A stretch of 64,000 nucleotides of DNA from NCBI GenBank assembly GCA_964016885.1, contig CAXHJY010000096.1:1736001-1800000 (forward strand). Direction: 5' to 3'. Shown piece after piece: positions 25,018 to 37,800 of the stretch. The notes under the pieces are model-generated. The model did not search any database, was not told the DNA's origin, and worked only from the letters and a program-made list of their open reading frames with translations. Source of the stretch: Eledone cirrhosa (taxonomy: Eukaryota). The translations under genes were made by a program, and so were the position numbers. Position 1 is the first letter of the stretch; every line of letters starts with the position of its first letter.

Positions 25018-28000
25018 TCAGGGGGAGATAATTTGTAAAAAAAATCAGGGGGAGATAATTTGTAAAAAAAAATCAGGGGTAGATAATTTGTAAAAAAAAA
25101 TCAGGGGGAGATAATTTGTAAAAAAAAATCAGGGGGAGATAATTTGTAAAAAAAATCAAGGGGAGATAATTTCCAGCCGTCCAAGGAGAGATAATTTAAA
25201 AAAAAATCAGGGGGAGATAATTTGTAAAAAAAATCAAGGGGAGATAATTTCCAGCCGTCCAAGGGGAGATAATTTTCAGCCGTCCAAGGGGAGATAATTT
25301 CCCGCCAGCCAAGGGAAGATAATATTCAAAAAAATCAGGCGGAGATAATTTGTAAAAAAAATCAGGGGGAGATAATTTGTAAAAAAATCAGGGGGAGATA
25401 ATTTGTAAAAAAAAAATCAGGGGGAGATAATTTGTAAAAAAAATCAGGGGGAGATAATTTGTAAAAAAAAATCAGGGGTAGATAATTTGTAAAAAAAAAT
25501 CAGGGGGAGATAATTTGTAAAAAAAAATCAGGGGGAGATAATTTGTAAAAAAAATGAAAGGGGAGATAATATCCAGCCGTCCAAGGGGAGATAATTTCCA
25601 GCCGTCCAAGGGGAGATAATTTCCAGCCGTCCAAGGGGAGATAATTTCCATCCTTCCAAGGGGATATAATTTCCAGCCGTCCAAGGGGAGATAATTTCCA
25701 TCCTTCCAAGGGGATATAATTTCCAGCCGTCCAAGGGGAGATAATTTTCAGCCGTCCAAGGAGAGGTAATTTCTAGCCGTCCAAGGAGAGATAATTTCCA
25801 GCCGTCCAAGGGGAGATAATTTCCAGCCGTCCAAGGGGAGATAATTTCCAGCCGTCCAAGGAGACATATTTTCCAGCCGTCCAAGGAGAGGTAATTCCTA
25901 GCCGTCCAAGGGGAGATAAATTCCAGCCTCCAAGGGGAGATAATTTCCAGCCAGCCAAGGGGAGATAATTTGTAAAAAAAATCAGGGGGAGATAATTTGT
26001 AAAAAAAATCAGGGGGAGATAATTTGTAAAGAAATCAGGGGGAGATAATTTGTAAAAAAAATCAGGGGGAGATAATTTGTAAAAAAAATCAGGGGGAGAT
26101 AATTTGTAAAAAAAAATCAGGGGGAGATAATTTGTAAAAAAAATCAAGGGGAGATAATTTCCAGCCGTCCAAGGGAAGATAATTTCCAGCCCTCCAAGGG
26201 GCTATAATTTCCAGCGTCCAAGGGGAGATAATTTCCAGCCAGCGAAGGGGAGATAATTTTTTTTAAAAAATCATTGGGAGATTTGTAAAAAAATCAGGGG
26301 GAGATAATTTGTAAAAAAAATCAAGGGGAGATAATTTCCAGCCGTCCAAGGGGAGGTAATATCTAGCCGTCCAAGGGGTGATAATTTCCAGCCGTCCAAG
26401 GGGAGATAATTTCCAGCCGTCCAAGGGTAGATAATATCCAGCCGTCCAAGGACATATTTTCCAGCCGTCCAAGGAGAGGTAATTTCTAGCCGTCCAAGGG
26501 GAGATAAATTCCAGCCTCCAAGGTGAGATAATTTCCAGCCAGCCAAGGAGAGATAATTTGTAAAAAAATCAGGGGGAGATAATTTGTAAAAAAAATCAGG
26601 GGGAGATAATTTGTAAAAAAAAATCAGGGGGAGATAATTTGTAAAAAAAATCAAGGGGAGATAATTTCCAGCCGTCCAAGGGGAGATAATTTTCAGCCGT
26701 CCAAGGGGAGATAATTTCCCGCCAGCCAAGGGAAGATAATATTTAAAAAAATCAGGCGGAGATAATTTGTAAAAAAAATCAGGGGGAGATAATTTGTAAA
26801 AAAATCAGGGGGAGATAATTTGTAAAAAAAAAATCAGGGGGAGATAATTTGTAAAAAAAATCAGGGGGAGATAATTTGTAAAAAAAAATCAGGGGTAGAT
26901 GAATTGTAAAAAAAAATCAGGGGGAGATAATTTGTAAAAAAAATCAGGGGGAGATAATTTGTAAAAAAAATGAAAGGGGAGATAATATCCAGCCGTCCAA
27001 GGGGAGATAATTTCCAGCCGTCCAAGGGGAGATAATTTCCAGCCGTCCAAGGGGAGATAATTTCCATCCTTCCAAGGGGATATAATTTCCAGCCGTCCAA
27101 GGGGAGATAATTTCCCGCCAGCCAAGGGAAGATAATATTTAAAAAAATTAGGCGGAGATAATTTGTAAAAAAAATCAGGGGGAGATAATTTGTAAAAAAT
27201 CAGGGGGAGATAATTTGTAAAAAAAATCAGGGGGAGATAATTTGTAAAAAAAATCATGGGGAGATAATTTGTAAAAAAAAATCAGGGGTAGATAATTTGT
27301 AAAAAAAAATCAGGGGGAGATAATTTGTAAAAAAAAATCAGGGGGAGATAATTTGTAAAAAAAATCAAGGGGAGATAATTTCCAGCCGTCCAAGGGGAGA
27401 TAATTTTCAGCCGTCCAAGGAGAGGTAATTTCTAGCCGTCCAAGGGGAGATAATTTCCAGCCGTCCAAGGGGAGGTAATTTCCAGCCGTCCAAGGGGAGA
27501 TAATTTTAAAAAAAAAATCAGGCGGAGATAATTTGTAAAAAAAATCAAGGGGAGATAATTTGCAGCCGTCCAAGGGGAGATAATTTTCAGTCGTCCAAGG
27601 AGAGGTAATTTCTAGCCGTCCAAGGGGAGATAATTGCCAGCCGTCCAAGGGGAGATAATTTCCAGCCGTCCAAGGGGAGATAATTTTTTTTAAAAAATCA
27701 GGCGGAGATAATTTGTAAAAAAAATCAGGGGGAGATAATTTGTAAACAAAATCAGGGGGAGATAATTTGTAAAAAAAATCAGGGGTAGATAATTTGTAAA
27801 AAAAAATCAGGGGGAGATAATTTGTAAAAAAAAATCAGGGGGAGATAATTTGTAAAAAAAATCAAGGGGAGATAATTTCCAGCCGTCCAAGGGGAGATAA
27901 TTTTCAGCCGTCCAAGGAGAGGTAATTTCTAGCCGTCCAAGGGGAGATAATTTCCAGCCGTCCAAGGGGAGGTAATTTCCAGCCGTCCAAGGGGAGATAA

Positions 28001-29180
28001 TTTAAAAAAAAAAATCAGGCGGAGATAATTTGTAAAAAAAATCAAGGGGAGATAATTTGCAGCCGTCCAAGGGGAGATAATTTTCAGTCGTCCAAGGAGA
28101 GGTAATTTCTAGCCGTCCAAGGGGAGATAATTGCCAGCCGTCCAAGGGGAGATAATTTCCAGCCGTCCAAGGGGAGATAATTTTTTTTAAAAAATCAGGC
28201 GGAGATAATTTGTAAAAAAAATCAGGGGGAGATAATTTGTAAACAAAATCAGGGGGAGATAATTTGTAAAAAAAAATCAGGGGGAGATAATTTGTAAAAA
28301 AAATCATGGAGAGATAATTTCCAGCCGTCCAAGGGGAGATAATTTCCAGCCTTCCAAGGAGACATATTTTCCAGCCGTCCAAGGCGAGGTAATTTCTAGC
28401 CGTCCAAGGGGAGATAAATTCCAGCCTCCAAGGGGAGATAATTTCCAGCCAGCCAAGTGGAGATAATTTGTAAAAAAATCAGGGGGAGATAATTTGTAAA
28501 AAATATCAGGGAGATAATTTGTAAAAAAAAATCAGGGGGAGATAATTTGTAAAAAAAATCAGGGGGAGATAATTTGTAAAAAAAAATCAGGGGGAGATAA
28601 TTTGTAAAAAAAATCAAGGGGAGATAATTTCCAGCCGTCCAAGGGGAGATAATTTTCAGCCGTCCAAGGGGAGATAATTTCCCGCCAGCCAAGGGAAGAT
28701 AATATTTAAAAAAATCAGGCGGAGATAATTTGTAAAAAAAATCAGGGGGAGATAATTTGTAAAAAAATCAGGGGGAGATAATTTGTAAAAAAAAAATCAG
28801 GGGGAGATAATTTGTAAAAAAAATCAGGGGGAGATAATTTGTAAAAAAAAATCAGGGGTAGATAATTTGTAAACAAATATCAGGGGGAGATAATTTGTAA
28901 AAAAAAATCAGGGGGAGATAATTTGTAAAAAAAATGAAAGGGGAGATAATATCCAGCCGTCCAAGGGGAGATAATTTCCAGCCGTCCAAGGGGATATAAT
29001 TTCCAGCCGTCCAAGGGGAGATAATTTCCATCCTTCCAAGGGGATATAATTTCCAGCCGTCCAAGGGGAGATAATTTCCCGCCAGCCAAGGGAAGATAAT
29101 TTTTAAAAAAATCAGGCGGAGATTGTAAAAAAAATCAGGGGGGAGATAATTTGTAAAAAAATCAGGGGGAGATAATTTGT
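25018..29180 (+). repeat. 11.4-kb higher-order repeat, partial third unit (about 4.2 kb, more diverged)
   Basis: Offsets of 11402-11400 to unit 2 (14070/25472, 15459/26861, 16602/28002, 17452/28852). Alignment is lost near 29185. Confidence 0.88.
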
Positions 29181-32100
29181 AAAAAAAAATCAGGGGGAGA
29201 TAATTTGTAAAAAATAATCAGGGGGAGATAATTTGTAAAAAAAAATCAAGGGGAGATAATTTCCAGCCGTCCAAGGGGAGATAATTTCCCGCCAGCCAAG
29301 GGAAGATAATATTTAAAAAAATTAGGCGGAGATAATTTGTAAAAAAAATCAGGGGGAGATAATTTGTAAAAAAATCAGGGGGAGATAATTTGTAAAAAAA
29401 ATCAGGGGGAGATAATTTGTAAAAAAATTCATGGGGAGATAATTTGTAAAAAAAAATCAGGGGTAGATAATTTGTAAAAAAAAATCAGGGGGAGATAATT
29501 TGTAAAAAAAAATCAGGGGGAGATAATTTGTAAAAAAAATCAAGGGGAGATAATTTCCAGCCGTCCAAGGGGAGATAATTTTCAGCCGTCCAAGGAGAGG
29601 TAATTTCTAGCCGTCCAAGGGGAGATAATTTCCAGCCGTCCAAGGGGAGGTAATTTCCAGCCGTCCAAGGGGAGATAATTTAAAAAAAAAAATCAGGCGG
29701 AGATAATTTGTAAAAAAAATCAAGGGGAGATAATTTGCAGCCGTCCAAGGGGAGATAATTTTCAGTCGTCCAAGGAGAGGTAATTTCTAGCCGTCCAAGG
29801 GGAGATAATTTGCAGCCGTCCAAGGGGAGATAATTTTTTTTAAAAAATCAGGCGGAGATAATTTGTAAAAAAAATCAGGGGGAGATAATTTGTAAACAAA
29901 ATCAGGGGGAGATAATTTGTAAAAAAAAATCAGGGGGAGATAATTTGTAAAAAAAATCATGGAGAGATAATTTCCAGCCGTCCAAGGTGAGATAATTTCC
30001 AGCCGTCCAAGGAGACATATTTTCCAGCCGTCCAAGGCGAGGTAATTTCTAGCCGTCCAAGGGGAGATAAATTCCAGCCTCCAAGGGGAGATAATTTCCA
30101 GCTAGCCAAGTGGAGATAATTTGTAAAAAAATCAGGGGGAGATAATTTGTAAAAAATATCAGGGAGATAATTTGTAAAAAAAAATCAGGGGGAGATAATT
30201 TGTAAAAAAAAATCAGGGGTAGATAATTTGTAAAAAAAAATCAGGGGGGAGATAATTTGTAAAAAAAATCAAGGGGAGATAATTTCCAGCCGTCCAAGGG
30301 AAGATAATTTCCAGCCCTCCAAGGGGCTATAATTTCCAGCGTCCAAGGGGAGATAATTTCCAGCCAGCGAAGGGGAGATAATTTTAAAAAAAAAATCATT
30401 GGGAGATTTGTAAAAAAAATCAGGGGGAGATAATTTGTAAAAAAAATCAAGGGGAGATAATTTCCAGCCGTCCAAGGGGAGGTAATATCTAGCCGTCCAA
30501 GGGTAGATAATTTCCAGCCGTCCAACGGGAGATAATTTCCAGCCGTCCAAGGGTAGATAATATCCAGCCGCCCAAGGACATATTTTCCAGCCGTCCAAGG
30601 AGAGGTAATTTCTAGCCGTCCAAGGGGAGATAATTTCCAGCCGTCCAAGGGTAGATAATATCCAGCCGTCCAAGGACATATTTTCCAGCCGTCCAAGGAG
30701 AGGTAATTTCTAGCCGTCCAAGGGGAGATAAATTCCAGCCTCCAAGGGGAGATAATTTCCAGCCAGCCAAGGGGAGATAATTTGTAAAAAAATCAGGGGG
30801 AGATAATTTGTAAAAAAAATCAGGGGGAGATAATTTGTAAAAAAAAATCAGGGGGAGATAATTTGTAAAAAAAAATCAGGGGGAGATAATTTGCAAAAAA
30901 AATCAGGGGGAGATAATTTGTAAAAAAAAATCAGGGGTAGATAATTTGTAAAAAAAAATCAGGGGGAGATAATTTGTAAAAAAAATCAGGGGGAGATAAT
31001 TTGTAAAAAAAATCAAGGGGAGATAATTTCCAGCCGTCCAAGGAGAGATAATTTTAAAAAAAATCAGGCGGAGATAATTTGTAAAAAAAAATCAGGGGGA
31101 GATAATTTGTAAAAAAAAATCAGGGGGAGATAATTTGTAAAAAAAAATCAGGGGGAGATAATTTGTAAAAAAAATCAGGAGGAGATAATTTGTAAAAAAA
31201 ATCAAGGGGAGATAATTTCCAGCCGTCCAAGGAGAGATAATTTAAAAAAAAATCAGGCGGAGATAATTTGTAAAAAAAAATCAGGGGGAGATAATTTGTA
31301 AAAAAAAATCAGGGGGAGATAATTTGTAAAAAAAATCAAGGGGAGATAATTTCCAGCCGTCCAAGGGGAGATAATTTTCAGCCGTCCAAGGGGAGATAAT
31401 TTCCCGCCAGCCAAGGGAAGATAATATTCAAAAAAATCAGACGGAGATAATTTGTAAAAAAAATCAGGGGGAGATAATTTGTAAAAAAATCAGGGGGAGA
31501 TAATTTGTAAAAAAAAAAATCAGGGGGAGATAATTTTTAAAAAAAATCAGGGGGAGATAATTTGTAAAAAAAAATCAGGGGTAGATAATTTGTAAAAAAA
31601 AATCAGGGGGAGATAATTTGTAAAAAAAAATCAGGGGGAGATAACTTGTAAAAAAAATGAAAGGGGAGATAATATCCAGCCGTCCAAGGGGAGATAATTT
31701 CCAGCCGTCCAAGGGGAGATAATTTCCAGCCGTCCAAGGGGAGATAATTTCCATCCTTCCAAGGGGATATAATTTCCAGCCGTCCAAGGGGAGATAATTT
31801 CCATCCTTCCAAGGGGATATAATTTCCAGCCGTCCAAGGGGAGATAATTTTCAGCCGTCCAAGGAGAGGTAATTTCTAGCCGTCCAAGGAGAGATAATTT
31901 CCAGCCGTCCAAGGGGAGATAATTTCCAGCCGTCCAAGGGGAGATAATTTCCAGCCGTCCAAGGAGACATATTTTCCAGCCGTCCAAGGAGAGGTAATTC
32001 CTAGCCGTCCAAGGGGAGATAAATTCCAGCCTCCAAGGGGAGATAATTTCCAGCCAGCCAAGGGGAGATAATTTGTAAAAAAAATCAGGGGGAGATAATT

Positions 32101-34799
32101 TGTAAAAAAAATCAGGGGGAGATAATTTGTAAAAAAAAATCAGGGGTAGATAATTTGTAAAAAATAATCAGGGGGAGATAATTTGTAAAAAAAATCAAGG
32201 GGAGATAATTTCCAGCCGTCCAAGGGGAGATAATTTTCAGCCGTCCAAGGGGAGATAATTTCCCGCCAGCCAAGGGAAGATAATATTTAAAAAAATTAGG
32301 CGGAGATAATTTGTAAAAAAAATCAGGGGGAGATAATTTGTAAAAAAATCAGGGGGAGATAATTTGTAAAAAAAATCAGGGGGAGATAATTTGTAAAAAA
32401 AATCAGGGGGAGATAATTTGTAAAAAAAAATCAGGGGGAGATAATTTGTAAAAAAAATCAAGGGGAGATAATTTCCAGCCGTCCAAGGGAAGATAATTTC
32501 CAGCCCTCCAAGGGGCTATAATTTCCAGCGTCCAAGGGGAGATAATTTCCAGCCAGCGAAGGGGAGATAATTTTTTTTAAAAAATCATTGGGAGATTTGT
32601 AAAAAAAATCAGGGGGAGATAATTTGTAAAAAAAATCAAGGGGAGATAATTTCCAGCCGTCCAAGGGGAGGTAATATCTAGCCGTCCAAGGGGAGATAAT
32701 TTCCAGCCGTCCAAGGGGAGATAATTTCCAGCCGTCCAAGGGTAGATAATATCCAGCCGTCCAAGGACATATTTTCCAGCCGTCCAAGGAGAGGTAATTT
32801 CTAGCCGTCCAAGGGGAGATAAATTCCAGCCTCCAAGGTGAGATAATTTCCAGCCAGCCAAGGGGAGATAATTTGTAAAAAAATCAGGGGGAGATAATTT
32901 GTAAAAAAAATCAGGGGGAGATAATTTGTAAAAAAAAATCAGGGGGAGATAATTTGTAAAAAAAATCAGGGGGAGATAATTTGTAAAAAAAATTAAGGGG
33001 AGATAATTTCCAGCCGTCCAAGGGGAGATAATTTCCCGCCAGCCAAGGGAAGATAATATTTAAAAAAATCAGGCGGAGATAATTTGTAAAAAAAATCAGG
33101 GGGAGATAATTTGTAAAAAAATCAGGGGGAGATAATTTGTAAAAAAAAAATCAGGGGGAGATAATTTGTAAAAAAAATCAGGGGGAGATAATTTGTAAAA
33201 AAAAATCAGGGGTAGATAAATTGTAAAAAAAAATCAGGGGGAGATAATTTGTAAAAAAAATCAGAGGGAGATAATTTGTAAAAAAAATGAAAGGGGAGAT
33301 AATATCCAGCCGTCCAAGGGGAGATAATTTCCAGCCGTCCAAGGGGAGATAATTTCCAGCCGTCCAAGGGGAGATAATTTCCATCCTTCCAAGGGGATAT
33401 AATTTCCAGCCGTCCAAGGGGAGATAATTTCCCGCCAGCCAAGGGAAGATAATTTTTAAAAAAATCAGGCGGAGATTGTAAAAAAAATCAGGGGGGAGAT
33501 AATTTGTAAAAAAATCAGGGGGAGATAATTTGTAAAAAAAAATCAGGGGGAGATAATTTGTAAAAAATAATCAGGGGGAGATAATTTGTAAAAAAAAATC
33601 AAGGGGAGATAATTTCCAGCCGTCCAAGGGGAGGTAATATCTAGCCGTCCAAGGGGAGATAATTTCCAGCCGTCCAACGGGAGATAATTTCCAGCCGTCC
33701 ATGGGTAGATAATATCCAGCCGCCCAAGGACATATTTTCCAGCCGTCCAAGGAGAGGTAATTTCTAGCCGTCCAAGGGGAGATAATTACAGCCGTCCAAG
33801 GGTAGATAATATCCAGCCGTCCAAGGACATATTTTCCAGCCGTCCAAGGAGAGGTAATTTCTAGCCGTCCAAGGGGAGATAAATTCCAGCCTCCAAGGGG
33901 AGATAATTTCCAGCCAGCCAAGGGGAGATAATTTGTAAAAAAATCAGGGGGAGATAATTTGTAAAAAAAATCAGGGGGAGATAATTTGTAAAAAAAAATC
34001 AGGGGGAGATAATTTGTAAAAAAAAATCAGGGGGAGATAATTTGCAAAAAAAATCAGGGGGAGATAATTTGTAAAAAAAAATCAGGGGTAGATAATTTGT
34101 AAAAAAAAATCAGGGGGAGATAATTTGTAAAAAAAAATCAGGGGGAGATAATTTGTAAAAAAAATCAAGGGGAGATAATTTCCAGCCGTCCAAGGGAAGA
34201 TAATTTCCAGCCCTCCAAGGGGCTATAATTTCCAGCGTCCAAGGGGAGATAATTTCCAGCCAGCGAAGGGGAGATAATTTTTTTTAAAAAATCATTGGGA
34301 GATTTGTAAAAAAAATCAGGGGGAGATAATTTGTAAAAAAAATCAAGGGGAGATAATTTCCAGCCGTCCAAGGGGAGGTAATATCTAGCCGTCCAAGGGG
34401 AGATAATTTCCAGCCGTCCAACGGGAGATAATTTCCAGCCGTCCATGGGTAGATAATATCCAGCCGCCCAAGGACATATTTTCCAGCCGTCCAAGGAGAG
34501 GTAATTTCTAGCCGTCCAAGGGGAGATAATTTCCAGCCGTCCAAGGGTAGATAATATCCAGCCGTCCAAGGACATATTTTCCAGCCGTCCAAGGAGAGGT
34601 AATTTCTAGCCGTCCAAGGGGAGATAAATTCCAGCCTCCAAGGGGAGATAATTTCCAGCCAGCCAAGGGGAGATAATTTGTAAAAAAATCAGGGGGAGAT
34701 AATTTGTAAAAAAAATCAGGGGGAGATAATTTGTAAAAAAAAATCAGGGGGAGATAATTTGTAAAAAAAAATCAGGGGGAGAAAATTTGCAAAAAAAAT
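27176..34799 (+). repeat. 7624-bp tandem duplication, copy 1
   Basis: Constant offset of 7624 for 27310/34934, 28002/35626, 29787/37411, 30269/37893, 31575/39199, 33178/40802 and 33571/41195. Confidence 0.92.
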
Positions 34800-34815
34800 C
34801 AGGGGGAGATAATTT
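32803..34815 (+). repeat. Copy of window positions 1 to about 2010 (offset 32802)
   Basis: 376/33178, 769/33571, 1363/34165 and 1482/34284 give identical translations. Confidence 0.9.
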
Positions 34816-37800
34816 GTAAAAAATCAGGGGGAGATAATTTGTAAAAAAAATCAGGGGGAGATAATTTGTAAAAAAAATCATGGGGAGATAATTTGTAAAA
34901 AAAAATCAGGGGTAGATAATTTGTAAAAAAAAATCAGGGGGAGATAATTTGTAAAAAAAAATCAGGGGGAGATAATTTGTAAAAAAAATCAAGGGGAGAT
35001 AATTTCCAGCCGTCCAAGGGGAGATAATTTTCAGCCGTCCAAGGAGAGGTAATTTCTAGCCGTCCAAGGGGAGATAATTTCCAGCCGTCCAAGGGGAGGT
35101 AATTTCCAGCCGTCCAAGGGGAGATAATTTTAAAAAAAAAATCAGGCGGAGATAATTTGTAAAAAAAATCAAGGGGAGATAATTTGCAGCCGTCCAAGGG
35201 GAGATAATTTTCAGTCGTCCAAGGAGAGGTAATTTCTAGCCGTCCAAGGGGAGATAATTGCCAGCCGTCCAAGGGGAGATAATTTCCAGCCGTCCAAGGG
35301 GAGATAATTTTTTTTAAAAAATCAGGCGGAGATAATTTGTAAAAAAAATCAGGGGGAGATAATTTGTAAACAAAATCAGGGGGAGATAATTTGTAAAAAA
35401 AATCAGGGGTAGATAATTTGTAAAAAAAAATCAGGGGGAGATAATTTGTAAAAAAAAATCAGGGGGAGATAATTTGTAAAAAAAATCAAGGGGAGATAAT
35501 TTCCAGCCGTCCAAGGGGAGATAATTTTCAGCCGTCCAAGGAGAGGTAATTTCTAGCCGTCCAAGGGGAGATAATTTCCAGCCGTCCAAGGGGAGGTAAT
35601 TTCCAGCCGTCCAAGGGGAGATAATTTAAAAAAAAAAATCAGGCGGAGATAATTTGTAAAAAAAATCAAGGGGAGATAATTTGCAGCCGTCCAAGGGGAG
35701 ATAATTTTCAGTCGTCCAAGGAGAGGTAATTTCTAGCCGTCCAAGGGGAGATAATTGCCAGCCGTCCAAGGGGAGATAATTTCCAGCCGTCCAAGGGGAG
35801 ATAATTTTTTTTAAAAAATCAGGCGGAGATAATTTGTAAAAAAAATCAGGGGGAGATAATTTGTAAACAAAATCAGGGGGAGATAATTTGTAAAAAAAAA
35901 TCAGGGGGAGATAATTTGTAAAAAAAATCATGGAGAGATAATTTCCAGCCGTCCAAGGGGAGATAATTTCCAGCCTTCCAAGGAGACATATTTTCCAGCC
36001 GTCCAAGGCGAGGTAATTTCTAGCCGTCCAAGGGGAGATAAATTCCAGCCTCCAAGGGGAGATAATTTCCAGCCAGCCAAGTGGAGATAATTTGTAAAAA
36101 AATCAGGGGGAGATAATTTGTAAAAAATATCAGGGAGATAATTTGTAAAAAAAAATCAGGGGGAGATAATTTGTAAAAAAAATCAGGGGGAGATAATTTG
36201 TAAAAAAAAATCAGGGGGAGATAATTTGTAAAAAAAATCAAGGGGAGATAATTTCCAGCCGTCCAAGGGGAGATAATTTTCAGCCGTCCAAGGGGAGATA
36301 ATTTCCCGCCAGCCAAGGGAAGATAATATTTAAAAAAATCAGGCGGAGATAATTTGTAAAAAAAATCAGGGGGAGATAATTTGTAAAAAAATCAGGGGGA
36401 GATAATTTGTAAAAAAAAAATCAGGGGGAGATAATTTGTAAAAAAAATCAGGGGGAGATAATTTGTAAAAAAAAATCAGGGGTAGATAATTTGTAAACAA
36501 ATATCAGGGGGAGATAATTTGTAAAAAAAAATCAGGGGGAGATAATTTGTAAAAAAAATGAAAGGGGAGATAATATCCAGCCGTCCAAGGGGAGATAATT
36601 TCCAGCCGTCCAAGGGGATATAATTTCCAGCCGTCCAAGGGGAGATAATTTCCATCCTTCCAAGGGGATATAATTTCCAGCCGTCCAAGGGGAGATAATT
36701 TCCCGCCAGCCAAGGGAAGATAATTTTTAAAAAAATCAGGCGGAGATTGTAAAAAAAATCAGGGGGGAGATAATTTGTAAAAAAATCAGGGGGAGATAAT
36801 TTGTAAAAAAAAATCAGGGGGAGATAATTTGTAAAAAATAATCAGGGGGAGATAATTTGTAAAAAAAAATCAAGGGGAGATAATTTCCAGCCGTCCAAGG
36901 GGAGATAATTTCCCGCCAGCCAAGGGAAGATAATATTTAAAAAAATTAGGCGGAGATAATTTGTAAAAAAAATCAGGGGGAGATAATTTGTAAAAAAATC
37001 AGGGGGAGATAATTTGTAAAAAAAATCAGGGGGAGATAATTTGTAAAAAAATTCATGGGGAGATAATTTGTAAAAAAAAATCAGGGGTAGATAATTTGTA
37101 AAAAAAAATCAGGGGGAGATAATTTGTAAAAAAAAATCAGGGGGAGATAATTTGTAAAAAAAATCAAGGGGAGATAATTTCCAGCCGTCCAAGGGGAGAT
37201 AATTTTCAGCCGTCCAAGGAGAGGTAATTTCTAGCCGTCCAAGGGGAGATAATTTCCAGCCGTCCAAGGGGAGGTAATTTCCAGCCGTCCAAGGGGAGAT
37301 AATTTAAAAAAAAAAATCAGGCGGAGATAATTTGTAAAAAAAATCAAGGGGAGATAATTTGCAGCCGTCCAAGGGGAGATAATTTTCAGTCGTCCAAGGA
37401 GAGGTAATTTCTAGCCGTCCAAGGGGAGATAATTTGCAGCCGTCCAAGGGGAGATAATTTTTTTTAAAAAATCAGGCGGAGATAATTTGTAAAAAAAATC
37501 AGGGGGAGATAATTTGTAAACAAAATCAGGGGGAGATAATTTGTAAAAAAAAATCAGGGGGAGATAATTTGTAAAAAAAATCATGGAGAGATAATTTCCA
37601 GCCGTCCAAGGTGAGATAATTTCCAGCCGTCCAAGGAGACATATTTTCCAGCCGTCCAAGGCGAGGTAATTTCTAGCCGTCCAAGGGGAGATAAATTCCA
37701 GCCTCCAAGGGGAGATAATTTCCAGCTAGCCAAGTGGAGATAATTTGTAAAAAAATCAGGGGGAGATAATTTGTAAAAAATATCAGGGAGATAATTTGTA

